DNA of 8,132 bases from Tubiluchus corallicola (Eukaryota; Animalia; Priapulida): contig JAQGDQ010002217.1 in assembly GCA_030141605.1 (NCBI GenBank), forward strand, positions 1-8,132, written 5' to 3'. Each line of letters starts with the position of its first letter. Within the stretch, counting starts at the first letter, position 1. The position numbers were made by a program, and so were the translations under genes. Shown in pieces: positions 7,484 through 8,132 of this stretch. The notes beneath the pieces are model-generated. The model saw only the letters and a program-made list of their open reading frames with translations, had not been told where the DNA came from and made no database searches.

Positions 7484-8132
7484 GCTTCACCAGCTAATCT
7501 CTTGTGTGTGATGAACAGTAAACTTTAGCAAAAAGAAAAAACCTACATTCCTTACTTTTGCTGTTTAAACTTCAACCATCGCAAAACTACAAAACATCTT
7601 TTACCGAAAAATTACGCATCATTCAGCGCTTCCAATCAGCTGCCTGTCTGTAACAACAGCTATAGATGCTGCATTAATATTCATACACCAGGAAGGCAGT
7701 GCCATTCTCCAGTATTTAAACTTTGCTCTGCAATGTTGATTCTGCCAGGGAGAATCGCCTATCGTCTGTTTGCCATCACTTAACTGTCAGCAAACATTAA
7801 CTATAGGGCTTCGTAGACAGTAACAAAACATCGAGACGCTAAAGCGCATGCGCCAATTTGACCTGGATCAGAAAATCTGCATTACAGAGTTTCTTAAGTA
7901 AAAGAATACGATCTCTAACTTTAATTTTAGGTTTATTAGTTACTGACAGGATGAATCCATAATTATGGAATTTCCGGAACCAAACGCTGGACAGAAAGAA
8001 ATGTGAAATAAATCTTGGTAAAGCATGGAATTGAACCAGCGGCAACAATTTCAGAGTTCTCTGTTAATAAACTTTTAACTAGATTATAATGGTGGGGTTT
8101 AGTGGGTATTGGGGTGGACTGGAAGAAAAACA

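Noticed and set aside
7680-8048. Possible upstream Eph sushi-domain exon (minus-strand TGEWHCLPG near 7685-7712) and ORF 7839..8048
   Set aside because: Cys spacing does not fit the Eph GEWxxxxGxCxCxxGY motif and a stop follows immediately. The 69-aa ORF has no recognisable features.

Overview
AT-rich metazoan genomic DNA, probably invertebrate and not prokaryotic. It contains three minus-strand coding exons of an Eph receptor tyrosine kinase ectodomain: a Cys-rich EGF-like exon (3676-3831), FN3 repeat 1 (1489-1803) and FN3 repeat 2 (698-1003). All three have canonical CAG/GT boundaries, all are phase 1-1, and they splice into one open frame. The ligand-binding exons lie beyond the right edge and the TM/kinase exons beyond the left edge. 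The introns are repeat-rich: a 53/55-bp minisatellite (1-714), a 35-bp x41 satellite with a 420-bp higher-order period (4075-5512), a degenerate telomere-like (TAACCC) array built from 59/53-bp units (6161-7483), a 50-bp hairpin-bearing duplication, and probable fragments of pogo/Tigger-type and CR1/L2-type elements. The most unusual item is the left minisatellite, which is made from the FN3-2 exon end plus its splice donor and so arrays 13 consensus 5' splice sites. I see no evidence for a new multi-gene system.
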